Program-made: the position numbers and the translations under genes
From: Planctomycetota bacterium
Lineage (GTDB): Bacteria; Planctomycetota; B15-G4; JADJEK01
Length of the DNA: 64,000 bases
Assembly (NCBI GenBank): GCA_044225365.1
Contig: JBGAIQ010000019.1
Span: forward strand, 1 to 64,000
Direction: 5' to 3'
The notes under the pieces: model-generated
The model's database searches: none
What the model was told of the DNA's origin: nothing
The model's input: the letters and a program-made list of their open reading frames with translations, nothing else
Shown: positions 30,121 to 39,589 of the stretch, piece by piece
How positions within the stretch are numbered: position 1 is the stretch's first letter
How the letters are laid out: each line of letters opens with the position of its first letter

Positions 30121-31703
30121 CGCCGACCCTCCTGCGAGCCGTTCTCCGAATCGTCTTCTTCCGGGCGAGTGCCGTCGATGACCCCGACGACGCGGTTGCT
30201 CGGCGTGAGGTACTTCTTCACCACGCGGACGACATCCTGCGCGGTCACCGCGAGCACCGCGGCACGTTGCTTCTCGATGTCGTGCCAGTCACCGCCAAGC
30301 CCTTCGGCGTCGGCGAGTGCACGAGCGATTCCCGTGGGGGAGCGCAACGATCGCACGGCCTGCGATGCGACCGCGCGGCGGATCTTCGCGAGTTCCACGT
30401 CCGTGGGGGGCTCGGAGCACAGTCGATCGAGCTCGGCGTAGATGCCCTTCTCGAGCTCGTCCATCGTCTTGTCGCGCGCGGGCGATCCGCTGACCTGGAA
30501 GAGTCCGGGATAACGGCCGAACGACGCCGAAGCGTTCACGCGCTGAGCGACCTTCGAGCCGTCGACGAGGTGTTCGCGGAAGCGACCACCGCCGCCGCCA
30601 CCGCCGCGGCCGCCGCGGAATCCGCCGCCGAAGCCGCCGCCCGATCCGTTGAGGATCCGCGTGGCGACGGTCAGCGCGGCTTGATCGGGATCTCCATGCC
30701 CCGGGATGTGCCAGCCGATCGTGATCTCGCTGTTCGTCTCGAGCGCGAGGTGGAATCGGCGTTCCCCGGTGTTCATCGGCTCGGGCGTGATGTGCCGCCG
30801 CGGGAGCGGTTGCGCGGCGATCGGGCCGAACCACTTCTCCATCAGCGGAATCACCTGCTTCGGATCGACATCGCCGACGAGGACCGCGACGCAATTGTTC
30901 GGCGCGTACCAGGTCTTGAAGTAATGCAGCACCTCGTCGTAGTCCGTGGCGTCGATGTCCTCGGACCATCCGACGACGGGCTGTCGATAGGGGTGGACGA
31001 GGTACGCGATCGCATCGAACGCCTCCGAGAAGCGACCGTTCGCGACCGAGTCGGTTCGCAGGCGGCGCTCCTCGTGGACGACGTCGCGCTCGGAGAAGAA
31101 CTCGCGGAACACCGGATGCGCGATGCGATCGGATTCGACGCGCGCCCAGACCTCGAGCTGATTCGCCGGCAGTGTCACGTAGTACTGCGTGGAGTCGTTG
31201 TCGGTCGACGCGTTGAGACCGGTGCCGCCGCAGCGCTCGTAGATCTGCCAGATCTCGTTCTTCACGACGAACGCATCGTGTTCCTTGTGGACCTTCGCGA
31301 TCTCCGCGTCGAGATCGGCGAGGACCTTGGCGTCGGCGCCGGCGAGCCGAGCGTCGTCACGCTTCGTCCACAGCGCGTTCAGCCGCGCGAGGACGGGCTT
31401 CTCGGCGTCGTAGTCCGTCGTGCCGAGCGACGTCGTCCCCTTGAACATCATGTGTTCGAGGAGATGTGCGATCCCGGTCACGCCCTTCGGATCGTCGACG
31501 CCGCCGACGTTGAATCGCAGGTACGTCGCGACGACGGGAGCGTCGCCCCACGGGACGATGAGCACTCGCATTCCGTTCGCGAGGACGTGCTTCGTGACGT
31601 CGAGCCGGATCTCGTCGTCGTGAGCCGTAGCGAGTTGGGGTAGGGCGTGGAGGAACGACACCGCGACCACGGCGATGATTGCCCGTCGGGCAGAACCGAT
31701 CAT
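30117..31703 (-). CDS. M16 family zinc peptidase, catalytic subunit
   Basis: GIAHLLEHMMFKG (HxxEH), NAST, ERDVVHEERR, HPYRQPVVGW, WYAPNN. Confidence 0.92.
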   Translation of the reverse strand: MIGSARRAIIAVVAVSFLHALPQLATAHDDEIRLDVTKHVLANGMRVLIVPWGDAPVVATYLRFNVGGVDDPKGVTGIAHLLEHMMFKGTTSLGTTDYDAEKPVLARLNALWTKRDDARLAGADAKVLADLDAEIAKVHKEHDAFVVKNEIWQIYERCGGTGLNASTDNDSTQYYVTLPANQLEVWARVESDRIAHPVFREFFSERDVVHEERRLRTDSVANGRFSEAFDAIAYLVHPYRQPVVGWSEDIDATDYDEVLHYFKTWYAPNNCVAVLVGDVDPKQVIPLMEKWFGPIAAQPLPRRHITPEPMNTGERRFHLALETNSEITIGWHIPGHGDPDQAALTVATRILNGSGGGFGGGFRGGRGGGGGGGRFREHLVDGSKVAQRVNASASFGRYPGLFQVSGSPARDKTMDELEKGIYAELDRLCSEPPTDVELAKIRRAVASQAVRSLRSPTGIARALADAEGLGGDWHDIEKQRAAVLAVTAQDVVRVVKKYLTPSNRVVGVIDGTRPEEDDSENGSQEGRR

Positions 31704-31922
31704 TCGGTAGCTCCTTCTTGCTTCCTTCGTCGGCGAAGCGCACTCGATCGGTGAGCCCGATCGCGGACGCGCGATCATCGCGATCCGCCGGCGCGCTGTC
31801 CACTAGAGGTGGCGACCTCGCAGGGGACTTTCGCCAAATCCACTTTTCCTCGACAGGGCGCGGACGAAGGGCGCGTGGTTCGATACCGTCGTACGTGCTC
31901 GATCCAGTTCTGGAGGTTCCCC

Positions 31923-33608
31923 ATGTCTCAGCTCCACGGCGCGGGGCGGACCGCGCGCTTCCCGGTCGCCCCGGTCGTATGGATGTTTTGCGGCTTCGTC
32001 GCGGGGATCATCGGCTGCACGACCGCGCATGAGGCGAGGCTCGATCCTCTCCTCTTTCCGGACCTCGGTGATTGGCGTCCTGCGGCGAGCACCTCGTCGG
32101 ACGAAGCCCGCCGCTGGTTCGATCAGGGCAGCGTCTTCTACTGGGGCTTCAATCACAAGGAAGCGGAGCGATCGTTCGCCCGCGCTTTCGAACTCGACCC
32201 CACGTTCGCGCTCGCCGCGGCCTTCGAGGCGCTCGCGGACGGGCCCAACATCAACAGCCCGGAGATGAGCGAACAGCAGAGCGAGTCGGCATTCGCAGCG
32301 GCACGCCGCGCCCTCGGCGCGGCCACTGCGACGACCTCGCCGCGGGATCGCGCGATCATCGATGCGGTGCTCACTCGTTATTCGTCGCCGCCGCCGGCCG
32401 ACCGCAGCGCGTTGAATCAGGCGTACGCCACGGCAATGCGCGCGGCCCATCATCGATTCCCGAAGGATGCCGAGATCGCGACTCTCTTCGCCGAGTCGAT
32501 GCTGGATCTGCGTCCGTGGGACCAATGGACCCACGATGGCACTCCGCAGGAGGGGACGCTCGAATGCGTCGCGGCGCTCGACGTCGCGCTCGACCTCGAG
32601 CCGAATCATCCCGGCGCGAATCACCTGTACATCCACGCCCTCGAGGGATCGACCCATCCCGAACGCGCGATGGTGGCTGCCGATCGTCTGCGCACGCTCG
32701 TGCCGGGGATCGCGCATCTCGTGCACATGCCGGCGCACATCGACGTGCGCACCGGTCGCTATGCCGAAGCGATCGCCACGAACGAGCGCGCCGTCGAGGT
32801 CGATCGAGCGTACAACGCCGTCCGACCGCGCACGGGGATCTACGCGATGTATCGCGCGCACAACCCGCACTTCATCGTGTTCGCGGCAATGTTCGCGGGC
32901 AACAAGAAGGAAGCGTTGCGCGGCCTCGACATCCTGGACGAAGTCCTCGCGCCCGCGGTCGTCGCGTCGCTTCCCGACGTGCTCGACGGGTTCCTCGTGA
33001 CGCGCGATCACGTCTACGTCCGATTCGGGATGTGGAACGAGATCCTGGCGCTTCCCGATCCGCCCGCGTCGTCGCCGCTGCGCCAGGCAATGCGCCATTA
33101 CTCGCGAGGCGTCGCGCTCGCCGCGCTCTCACGCGTCGATGCCGCGCTCGTCGAACAGTCGGCCTACGCGGCAGCCGCGGCCAAGGTCGATTCGAAGACG
33201 ATGGTCGGCAACAACCCCGCCTCGCTCGTGCTCTCGATCGGAGCTGCGCAGTTGCGAGGCGAGATCGAATATCGTCGGGGCCGCTACGATGCCGCGTTCG
33301 AGCATCTGCGCGAAGCAACTCGTCTGTACGACTCCCTTCGCTACGACGAACCCTCGTCGTGGGTGATGCCGCCGCGCCACGCGCTCGGCGCGCTACTTCT
33401 CGAACAAGGCAAGGCGGAAGAGGCTCTCGTCGAGTATCGAGCCGACCTCGTCGCGAACCCCGAGAACGTGTGGTCGCTGCAAGGCCTCACAGAGTGCTTG
33501 ACGAAACTTGACCGGGGCGACGAAGCCGCCGCCGCGCGAGCCCGCTTCGACAAAGCCCGCGCCGGCGCCGATATCGAGATCGCCGTGTCGTGCTTCTGTC
33601 GACGATGA
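31923..33608 (+). CDS. TPR-containing lipoprotein with His-rich motifs
   Basis: WFDQG..FYWGFNHKEA.R.F, GPNIN, HLYIHALE, HLVHMPAHI; ends SCFCRR. Confidence 0.8.
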   Translation: MSQLHGAGRTARFPVAPVVWMFCGFVAGIIGCTTAHEARLDPLLFPDLGDWRPAASTSSDEARRWFDQGSVFYWGFNHKEAERSFARAFELDPTFALAAAFEALADGPNINSPEMSEQQSESAFAAARRALGAATATTSPRDRAIIDAVLTRYSSPPPADRSALNQAYATAMRAAHHRFPKDAEIATLFAESMLDLRPWDQWTHDGTPQEGTLECVAALDVALDLEPNHPGANHLYIHALEGSTHPERAMVAADRLRTLVPGIAHLVHMPAHIDVRTGRYAEAIATNERAVEVDRAYNAVRPRTGIYAMYRAHNPHFIVFAAMFAGNKKEALRGLDILDEVLAPAVVASLPDVLDGFLVTRDHVYVRFGMWNEILALPDPPASSPLRQAMRHYSRGVALAALSRVDAALVEQSAYAAAAAKVDSKTMVGNNPASLVLSIGAAQLRGEIEYRRGRYDAAFEHLREATRLYDSLRYDEPSSWVMPPRHALGALLLEQGKAEEALVEYRADLVANPENVWSLQGLTECLTKLDRGDEAAAARARFDKARAGADIEIAVSCFCRR

Positions 33609-33619
33609 AGATCAGGAAT

Positions 33620-33722
33620 GCCGGGCAGAGCCCGGCGGTCCTGCGGATCGGTCCTGCGGATCGGCCCTGCGGATCGGATGGCCGGGCAGAGCCCGGCATC
33701 GGACCGCCGGGCTCTGCCCGGC
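33620..33722. repeat. REP-like palindrome cluster
   Basis: Three GCCGGGC-AGA/TCT-GCCCGGC hairpins plus three 13-bp GG(T/C)CCTGCGGATC repeats, between convergent genes. Confidence 0.75.
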
Positions 33723-33762
33723 ATCTTGAATGGGCGGGCCTGCGGAGTTCGGCGCTAGGGCG

Positions 33763-34263
33763 TCAGGCGCTCGCGGCTCGCACGCCCTTCTTGTAGGTTT
33801 CGTAGACGAAGACGTCGATGCCGAGGGGACCGAGCACCTTCTCGATCACGGGCTTGACGTCGTTCCAATCGAGTCCACCGACGCCCGTCGCGAGCCGGGG
33901 GAGCGCGAGGCTCTTGATCCCTTCATCGCGAACGAGACGCGCCAGGGCGTGCAGTGCGTGATTCACGTACTCGAGGTGAGCTTTGCCAGGATGCTCCCCC
34001 GAATGCGTCGGCGCAGGTTCCTGAGTCAGGAGGTTGATCACACGGATCGAGTGACCGGCGGGCCCGACGCCGGCCCAGCAGAAGAGGTCGCCCGGGATTG
34101 GGTGATGAGCGTGGCAGTAGTGTCGGAAGTCCTTCACCATCGACGGGAACTGCTCGCGAATCGCGAGGCCGAGTCCGGTCTTGAAGTCGTCGTTGGGCGC
34201 GACGCCGTGCGCAATGGCTTCGGCCGTCGTCAGCGTGATGTCGCCCGTCAGATATCGAATCAT
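33763..34263 (-). CDS. Macro domain protein (Poa1p/TARG1-like)
   Basis: GDIT, G.GL...IRE.FP.M...F, SLALPRLATGVGGLDWNDVK.VI. Confidence 0.85.
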   Translation of the reverse strand: MIRYLTGDITLTTAEAIAHGVAPNDDFKTGLGLAIREQFPSMVKDFRHYCHAHHPIPGDLFCWAGVGPAGHSIRVINLLTQEPAPTHSGEHPGKAHLEYVNHALHALARLVRDEGIKSLALPRLATGVGGLDWNDVKPVIEKVLGPLGIDVFVYETYKKGVRAASA

Positions 34264-34429
34264 CGGAGTGTCCTCGTCGCCAAGGGAAGCGTTGTTCTTC
34301 AACGATGGCGAGAGTGCATCGAGCGTGCCGAGCGGGGAAACGTCACGCGAACACGGGCGTGTAGGGCTCGCGGCGCATCGAACTGAACACGGGCGGGTAT
34401 ACCTTCCCGCATGCCGCGTGACTGGGGAT

Positions 34430-35077
34430 CTACGCGCGCCGGAACATTCGCACCACGCCGACGACGCGACCTTGGATGTCGACTTTCGACACGTAGAGCG
34501 GACCGAGCCGAGAATTCGCGGGCTGAAGGCGAATGCGTTTCTTCCCGACCTCGCGGTAGACGCGCTTCAGGGTTGCCGTCCCATCGTCGAGGAGTGCAAC
34601 CGCGATCTCGCCATCGTCGACGTGCGACTGCCGGCGTACGACGATCACGTCGCCATCGAGGATGTGATCGTCGATCATCGAATCGCCGCGCACTCGAAGC
34701 GCGAAGGTATCGCTGTCGACGCTCTCCGCGGGCAGCATCACGGAGTCCTGATCGCCGTCCGGCGCCGTGCTGAGATCGAGCGCTTCGATAGGTGACCCCG
34801 CCGCGATCGTTCCCCGAATGACGACGCGCTTCGCGCGCGTCACCTTCTCCAGCGAGTCGCTCTCGTCCACAGCGCAGGCGCGCCAGCCGTGGGCAGTGCC
34901 GTCGCTCTGCATCAGGTTCTTCTTCTCGAGCGCGCGCAGCATCTGGTGGATCGTCGACGGCGCGCGTCCGAGCGCGCGACAGAGTTCGCGCACGCTGGGG
35001 GTGCGGCCTTGCTTCTCGGCGAAAGCGCGCCAAGCGTCGAGGAGATCCTGCTGGGGCCTTGAAATGGGCAACGTCAT
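34430..35077 (-). CDS. lexA: LexA SOS repressor
   Basis: PSVRELC HTH, Ala-Gly cleavage site IAAGSPI, catalytic Ser in VRGDSM and Lys in ATLKR, LQPAN. Confidence 0.93.
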   Translation of the reverse strand: MTLPISRPQQDLLDAWRAFAEKQGRTPSVRELCRALGRAPSTIHQMLRALEKKNLMQSDGTAHGWRACAVDESDSLEKVTRAKRVVIRGTIAAGSPIEALDLSTAPDGDQDSVMLPAESVDSDTFALRVRGDSMIDDHILDGDVIVVRRQSHVDDGEIAVALLDDGTATLKRVYREVGKKRIRLQPANSRLGPLYVSKVDIQGRVVGVVRMFRRA

Positions 35078-35097
35078 CGCCGCCGAGGTTAGCGACC

Positions 35098-35112
35098 GAA
35101 CGAAATCCGAAC
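35098..35112 (-). promoter_or_regulatory. Candidate LexA operator GTTC-N7-GTTC
   Basis: Plus strand GAACgaaatccGAAC, 21-35 nt upstream of the lexA start. Confidence 0.55.
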
Positions 35113-35216
35113 AAGCGGGAAGGGCGACTCGACGCCCATTCTCGCGGCATGCTCCTTGCACACCTTCTTCGGTGAATTCGAAGCGAAGCCGAAACCGTGA
35201 CGATAGGAGTCGACCG

Positions 35217-35777
35217 ATGATCCGCACCGCCGAGCAATTGATGCAGAAGAACGTGATCGCGATCTCGCCAACGGCGACGCTGCGGGAACTCGCCGAACTC
35301 CTCGACGACGAAGGCGTCCACGGCGTGCCGGTCGTCGACGCCGTCGGCAATCCCGTCGGCGTGGTGTCGCGATCCGACCTCGTTCACGCGATGAACGAGA
35401 GCGAGCCCCGGCAGCGTCCGGTCGAGCGCTACTACGGCGTGCACGAAGAGGACATCGACTGGAGCGACGACGATTCGGGCGTTCGGTTCCAGGACACCGT
35501 CGAGGCGGAGAAGCAGGTCGCCGAGATCATGTCGGCAAGGATCCTCTCGACGAACCTGCGGGCGACCGCGGGGGAGTTGTCGCGCACGATGTTGAAGTTC
35601 GGCGTCCGTCGGCTCCTCGTGCTCGAGGGGCGGCGGCTCGTCGGCATCGTGTCCGCCACCGATCTGTTGCGCTGCCTCTCGCAGTACGAGAAGGCACTCG
35701 CCCCGGTCGTGCGAGCGCCGCGACGCGCGGCGAAGGTCCGCACTCGGGCCCCGGCGAAGAAAGCGGCGAAGCGCTGA
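35217..35777 (+). CDS. CBS domain protein
   Basis: LM.KNVIAISP...GVPVVD..G..VGVVS.SDL; RRLLV..GRLVGIVS.TDLL; RBS AGGAG. Confidence 0.9.
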   Translation: MIRTAEQLMQKNVIAISPTATLRELAELLDDEGVHGVPVVDAVGNPVGVVSRSDLVHAMNESEPRQRPVERYYGVHEEDIDWSDDDSGVRFQDTVEAEKQVAEIMSARILSTNLRATAGELSRTMLKFGVRRLLVLEGRRLVGIVSATDLLRCLSQYEKALAPVVRAPRRAAKVRTRAPAKKAAKR

Positions 35778-35816
35778 TCGGGCGAGGCGCGCCGGCAAAA
35801 TGCCTACACTGCGGGG

Positions 35817-37448
35817 GTGAGCGAACCTTCGCGCAAGGACCGGCGAATCCGTCGCGGTGCGACGTGGACCCTCGCGTTCGCGATCGTCGCGGCCGCGTGC
35901 GGTGCGTGGCTCCATCGTGATTTCGGAACGACGTGGGACGATCCGTTCCACGCGCGGGTCGGCGCGCTCGCGCTGCGGTACTTCCGCGAGGGGTTCGCGC
36001 TGGAGGTGATTGCGACGATCGAGTCGTTCGGGACCGCGCGCATCTACGGCCCATTGCACGATCTCGTCCCTGCGGTGATCCGCGAATTCACCGGACACGG
36101 CGATGCCGTCGATCCCTCGCTCTTCGAGTTGCGCCACGCCTGGAATTTCGCCTTCGCGTTGCTCCTCGTCCCGGCGATCGCCCTGGTAACGCGACGCGTC
36201 GCGTCTCCCGCGCTGCCCGTCTTCGCGTGCATCGCACTCTTCGCGCAGCCGCGATTCTTCGGCGACGCGTTCCTCAACTCGATCGACACGTCGTTCGCGG
36301 TCGCGATGGCGTGGCTGCACGTCGCGCTGCTTCGTTCGTTGCGGATGGGCGCTCCGCGGCGAGTCGATTTCGCCCTGCTCGGCGGCGCGCTCGGATTCGT
36401 ACTGATCGAGCGACCGGGCGCGCTCCCCCTCGGGCTCGTTCTCGTCATCTTGACCTTTGCGCTGCGGGATCTGTTGCGGCGCAAGCAGGCGGGAGAGGGA
36501 GAGACGGGTTTCCTCTTCGGGGTCTGCGTCGCATTCGCGATCGCCTGGGTGCTGATGATCCTGCCCTGGCCCTCGGCACACTTCGAACCGCTGATGAAGC
36601 CGTTCGAGGCGATGAGCGCGTCGGTGCGCTTCGTCGAGTCGTATCCCGTCCTCCACGACGGGGCCTACGTCTCGAGCTCCGAGCTGCCGCGCTCGCACGT
36701 TCCCTGGATGTTCCTGATCACCACTCCGTTGCCGACGCTCGCGCTCTGGGCGATCGGCCTCTTCGTCACCGCGGGGCGAATCATGAGGGCACCGCGCGGC
36801 CGTTCGCGGCATGCTCTGTTCGTCGCGCTCCTGTGGCTCGGTGTGCCGTTCGTCGGGATCGTCGTCGCGCGACCGAACGTGTACGACGGGATTCGTCACT
36901 TCCTCTTCGTCCTTCCCGCGGTCGCGATCTTCGCCGGTCTCGGCGCCGTTCGGGTGGCAAGCCTCGCGAGCCGATTCCTCGGCCGAATCGGAGGTCATGC
37001 CTGCGCGCTCGTCCTGCTGCTCCTTCCCGTGATCGATTGCGTGCGCTTGCATCCCTACGAGTACGTCTTCTTCAACTCGCTCGTCGGCGGCGTCGAGGGC
37101 GCGAGCGGTCGGTACGACACCGAGTACTTCGCAACGTCGTATCGCGAGGGCATGGCGCTCGTGAATGAACGGGCGCGGCGCGAGCCTGCGCGCACCTTCC
37201 GGGTCGCGGTCGGCGGATCGGAATTGATGTTGCCCGGCGTGATCGCGGCCGCGGCGAGGAACGTGGAAGTCGTCCTGGTGCGCCCCGATCGACCGAATCC
37301 TTCGGCCCTGCCGAACGACATCGACTTCTATCTCGGTCTCGCGCGCTACCGCCTCGAACAGCGTCCGTTCGAGGATTCGCCGGTGATCGCGACGATCGGG
37401 CGCGATGGAGCCATCTTCGCGGTGCTGCGCGGCCACGAACAACGCTGA
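35817..37448 (+). CDS. Membrane glycosyltransferase (GT-C/ArnT-like)
   Basis: DFGTTWDDP, YGP, PRFFG..F.N..D, YDGIRHFLF..P, LHPYEY.FFN, many TM helices. Confidence 0.8.
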   Translation: MSEPSRKDRRIRRGATWTLAFAIVAAACGAWLHRDFGTTWDDPFHARVGALALRYFREGFALEVIATIESFGTARIYGPLHDLVPAVIREFTGHGDAVDPSLFELRHAWNFAFALLLVPAIALVTRRVASPALPVFACIALFAQPRFFGDAFLNSIDTSFAVAMAWLHVALLRSLRMGAPRRVDFALLGGALGFVLIERPGALPLGLVLVILTFALRDLLRRKQAGEGETGFLFGVCVAFAIAWVLMILPWPSAHFEPLMKPFEAMSASVRFVESYPVLHDGAYVSSSELPRSHVPWMFLITTPLPTLALWAIGLFVTAGRIMRAPRGRSRHALFVALLWLGVPFVGIVVARPNVYDGIRHFLFVLPAVAIFAGLGAVRVASLASRFLGRIGGHACALVLLLLPVIDCVRLHPYEYVFFNSLVGGVEGASGRYDTEYFATSYREGMALVNERARREPARTFRVAVGGSELMLPGVIAAAARNVEVVLVRPDRPNPSALPNDIDFYLGLARYRLEQRPFEDSPVIATIGRDGAIFAVLRGHEQR

Positions 37449-37513
37449 TCCGTCCGTCCTCGGTTTGGTACAACTTCGAGGTAGCCGCATCACGACAACG
37501 GACGGAGACGACG

Positions 37514-39589
37514 ATGACGACGACGATCACGAGAGACCGGCTGCGACGAAAGGCGTCCCCGGCTCTGCTGTTCCTCTTCACTCTTGCGAGCGCCGCGACG
37601 GCCGAGGATCGCCATCCACTCACGATCCACGACATGCTCGCGATGCAGCGCGTGGGGGACGTCGCCGTGTCGGCGGGCGGCACCAAACTCGCGTTCACCG
37701 TGCGCACGACGGACGTCGCCGCGAACACGGGTCGCTACGACGTGTGGCTCGTCGATGCGAAGGAGGGCGGTCCGCGTCGCCTCACGTCGAACGTCGCGAA
37801 CGACACGTCCCCGCGTTTCTCGCGCGACGATCTCTCGATCTACTTCCTCTCGTCCCGCAGCGGGTCCTCGCAGATCTGGTCGCTGTCCCTCATGGGCGGC
37901 GAGCCGACGCAGATCACGGACCTGCCGCTCGACATCGACAACTTCCTCGTCTTCCCCGATGGCCGTCGATTCCTCGTCTCCATGGAGGTGTATCCCGACG
38001 CCAAGGACCTCGCCGAGACCGCGGCGCGCGATGAAGCGAAGGCGAAGTCCAAGATGAAGGCGAAGGTCTACGACTCGCTCCTGTTCCGCCATTGGGATCA
38101 GTGGGAGGACGGCAAGCGCAGCCATTGGTTCACGCTCGACGCCGTGACGGGGAAAGCGACCGACCTGATGGCGGGCATGCCTTGCGACGCTCCGAACAAA
38201 CCGTTCGGCGGTGCGGAAGAAGCGACGATCCGGAACGACGGCAAGACGGTCGTGTTCGCGACGACGAACATGGGTCGCGAGGCGGCGTGGTCGACGAACG
38301 TCGATCTCTACAGCGTTCCTTCCGACGGATCCGCGGCGCCGACCTGCCTCACCACCGACAACCCGGCGACCGACAATCTCCCGCAATTCTCACCCGACGG
38401 ACGTTTCCTCGCGTACGTCGCGATGAAGCGGCCCATGTACGAATCGGATCGTCAGGGGCTCATGATCCGCGAGGTCGAGAGCGGAAAGGTCCGTGAGATC
38501 GCGCCCAACTGGGATCGTTCCGCGAGCGGCTTCACGTGGAGCCGCGACGGAAAGACGCTCTACGCGACCGCCGATCACATCGGCAACACCGGCCTGTTCG
38601 CCGTCGACGTCGGAAGCGGCACGGTGAAGCCGCTCATCGAGAAGGGCGCCGCGGGCGGCCCGGTCGCGATCGAGGGCGGAGTTGCGTTCCTCTGGAACGA
38701 CATGAAGCACCCCGATGAGATCCACACGCTCGACGCCGCGGGGAATCGAAAGGTCCTGACCGCGATCAACGCACCGCTGCTCGAGAAGATCGCCTTTGGC
38801 GACTACGAGCAGTACTCGTTCAAGGGCGCGCACGACGACACGGTCTACGGCTACGTGATGAAGCCGTGGAACTACGAGAGCGGCAAGAAGTACCCCGTCG
38901 CGTTCTTGATCCACGGCGGCCCGCAGGGCTCGTTCTCGGATCACTTCCACTATCGTTGGAACGCCGAAGCGTTCGCGGGCCGCGGACTCGGCGTCGTGTT
39001 CGTCGACTTCCATGGGTCGACGGGATACGGCCAGGCCTTCTGCGACTCGATCCGCGGCGATTGGGGCGGCGCACCGTACGAGGACTTGATGAAGGGCCTC
39101 GACGCCGCGCTCGCGAAGTACTCGTTCCTCGATGGCTCGCGCGTCGCGGCGGCGGGCGCGAGCTACGGCGGTTACATGATCAACTGGATCGCGGGCCAGA
39201 CGGATCGCTTCAAGTGCCTCGTCTGCCACGACGGCAATCTCGACAACCGAATGGCCTACCTCGACACCGAGGAACTCTGGTTCGACGAATGGGAGCACCA
39301 CGGCACGCCGTGGGAGAATCCCGACGCGTTCAGCAAGCACAACCCGATCGACTTCATCAAGAACTGGAAGACTCCGACGCTCGTCCTGCACGGCGGCAAC
39401 GACTTCCGCGTCGTCGATACGCACGGCATGGCGACGTTCACGGCGCTGCAGCGCAAAGGGATTCCGTCGAAGTTCGTGTTCTTCCCGGACGAGAATCACT
39501 GGGTGCTGAAGCCGCAGAATTCGATCCTCTGGCACGACAGCGTGCTCGACTGGATCGATCAGTGGACCAAGTCGCCGCCCGCCAAGTGA
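37514..39589 (+). CDS. S9 family peptidase (dipeptidyl-peptidase V-like)
   Basis: Signal peptide, beta-propeller, IHGGPQG, GASYGG, DFRV, ENHWVLKPQN. Confidence 0.93.
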   Translation: MTTTITRDRLRRKASPALLFLFTLASAATAEDRHPLTIHDMLAMQRVGDVAVSAGGTKLAFTVRTTDVAANTGRYDVWLVDAKEGGPRRLTSNVANDTSPRFSRDDLSIYFLSSRSGSSQIWSLSLMGGEPTQITDLPLDIDNFLVFPDGRRFLVSMEVYPDAKDLAETAARDEAKAKSKMKAKVYDSLLFRHWDQWEDGKRSHWFTLDAVTGKATDLMAGMPCDAPNKPFGGAEEATIRNDGKTVVFATTNMGREAAWSTNVDLYSVPSDGSAAPTCLTTDNPATDNLPQFSPDGRFLAYVAMKRPMYESDRQGLMIREVESGKVREIAPNWDRSASGFTWSRDGKTLYATADHIGNTGLFAVDVGSGTVKPLIEKGAAGGPVAIEGGVAFLWNDMKHPDEIHTLDAAGNRKVLTAINAPLLEKIAFGDYEQYSFKGAHDDTVYGYVMKPWNYESGKKYPVAFLIHGGPQGSFSDHFHYRWNAEAFAGRGLGVVFVDFHGSTGYGQAFCDSIRGDWGGAPYEDLMKGLDAALAKYSFLDGSRVAAAGASYGGYMINWIAGQTDRFKCLVCHDGNLDNRMAYLDTEELWFDEWEHHGTPWENPDAFSKHNPIDFIKNWKTPTLVLHGGNDFRVVDTHGMATFTALQRKGIPSKFVFFPDENHWVLKPQNSILWHDSVLDWIDQWTKSPPAK

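Noticed and set aside
34299-37493. 1064-aa minus-strand ORF and similar long Arg-rich ORFs (e.g. 45477-48353, 51929-54109)
   Set aside because: Antisense or off-frame shadows of real genes in high-GC DNA, with no recognisable motifs
37514-39589. S9 peptidase as RiPP maturation protease
   Set aside because: Typical secreted DPP-V-like enzyme in a separate transcription unit; the in-operon S8 is the better candidate
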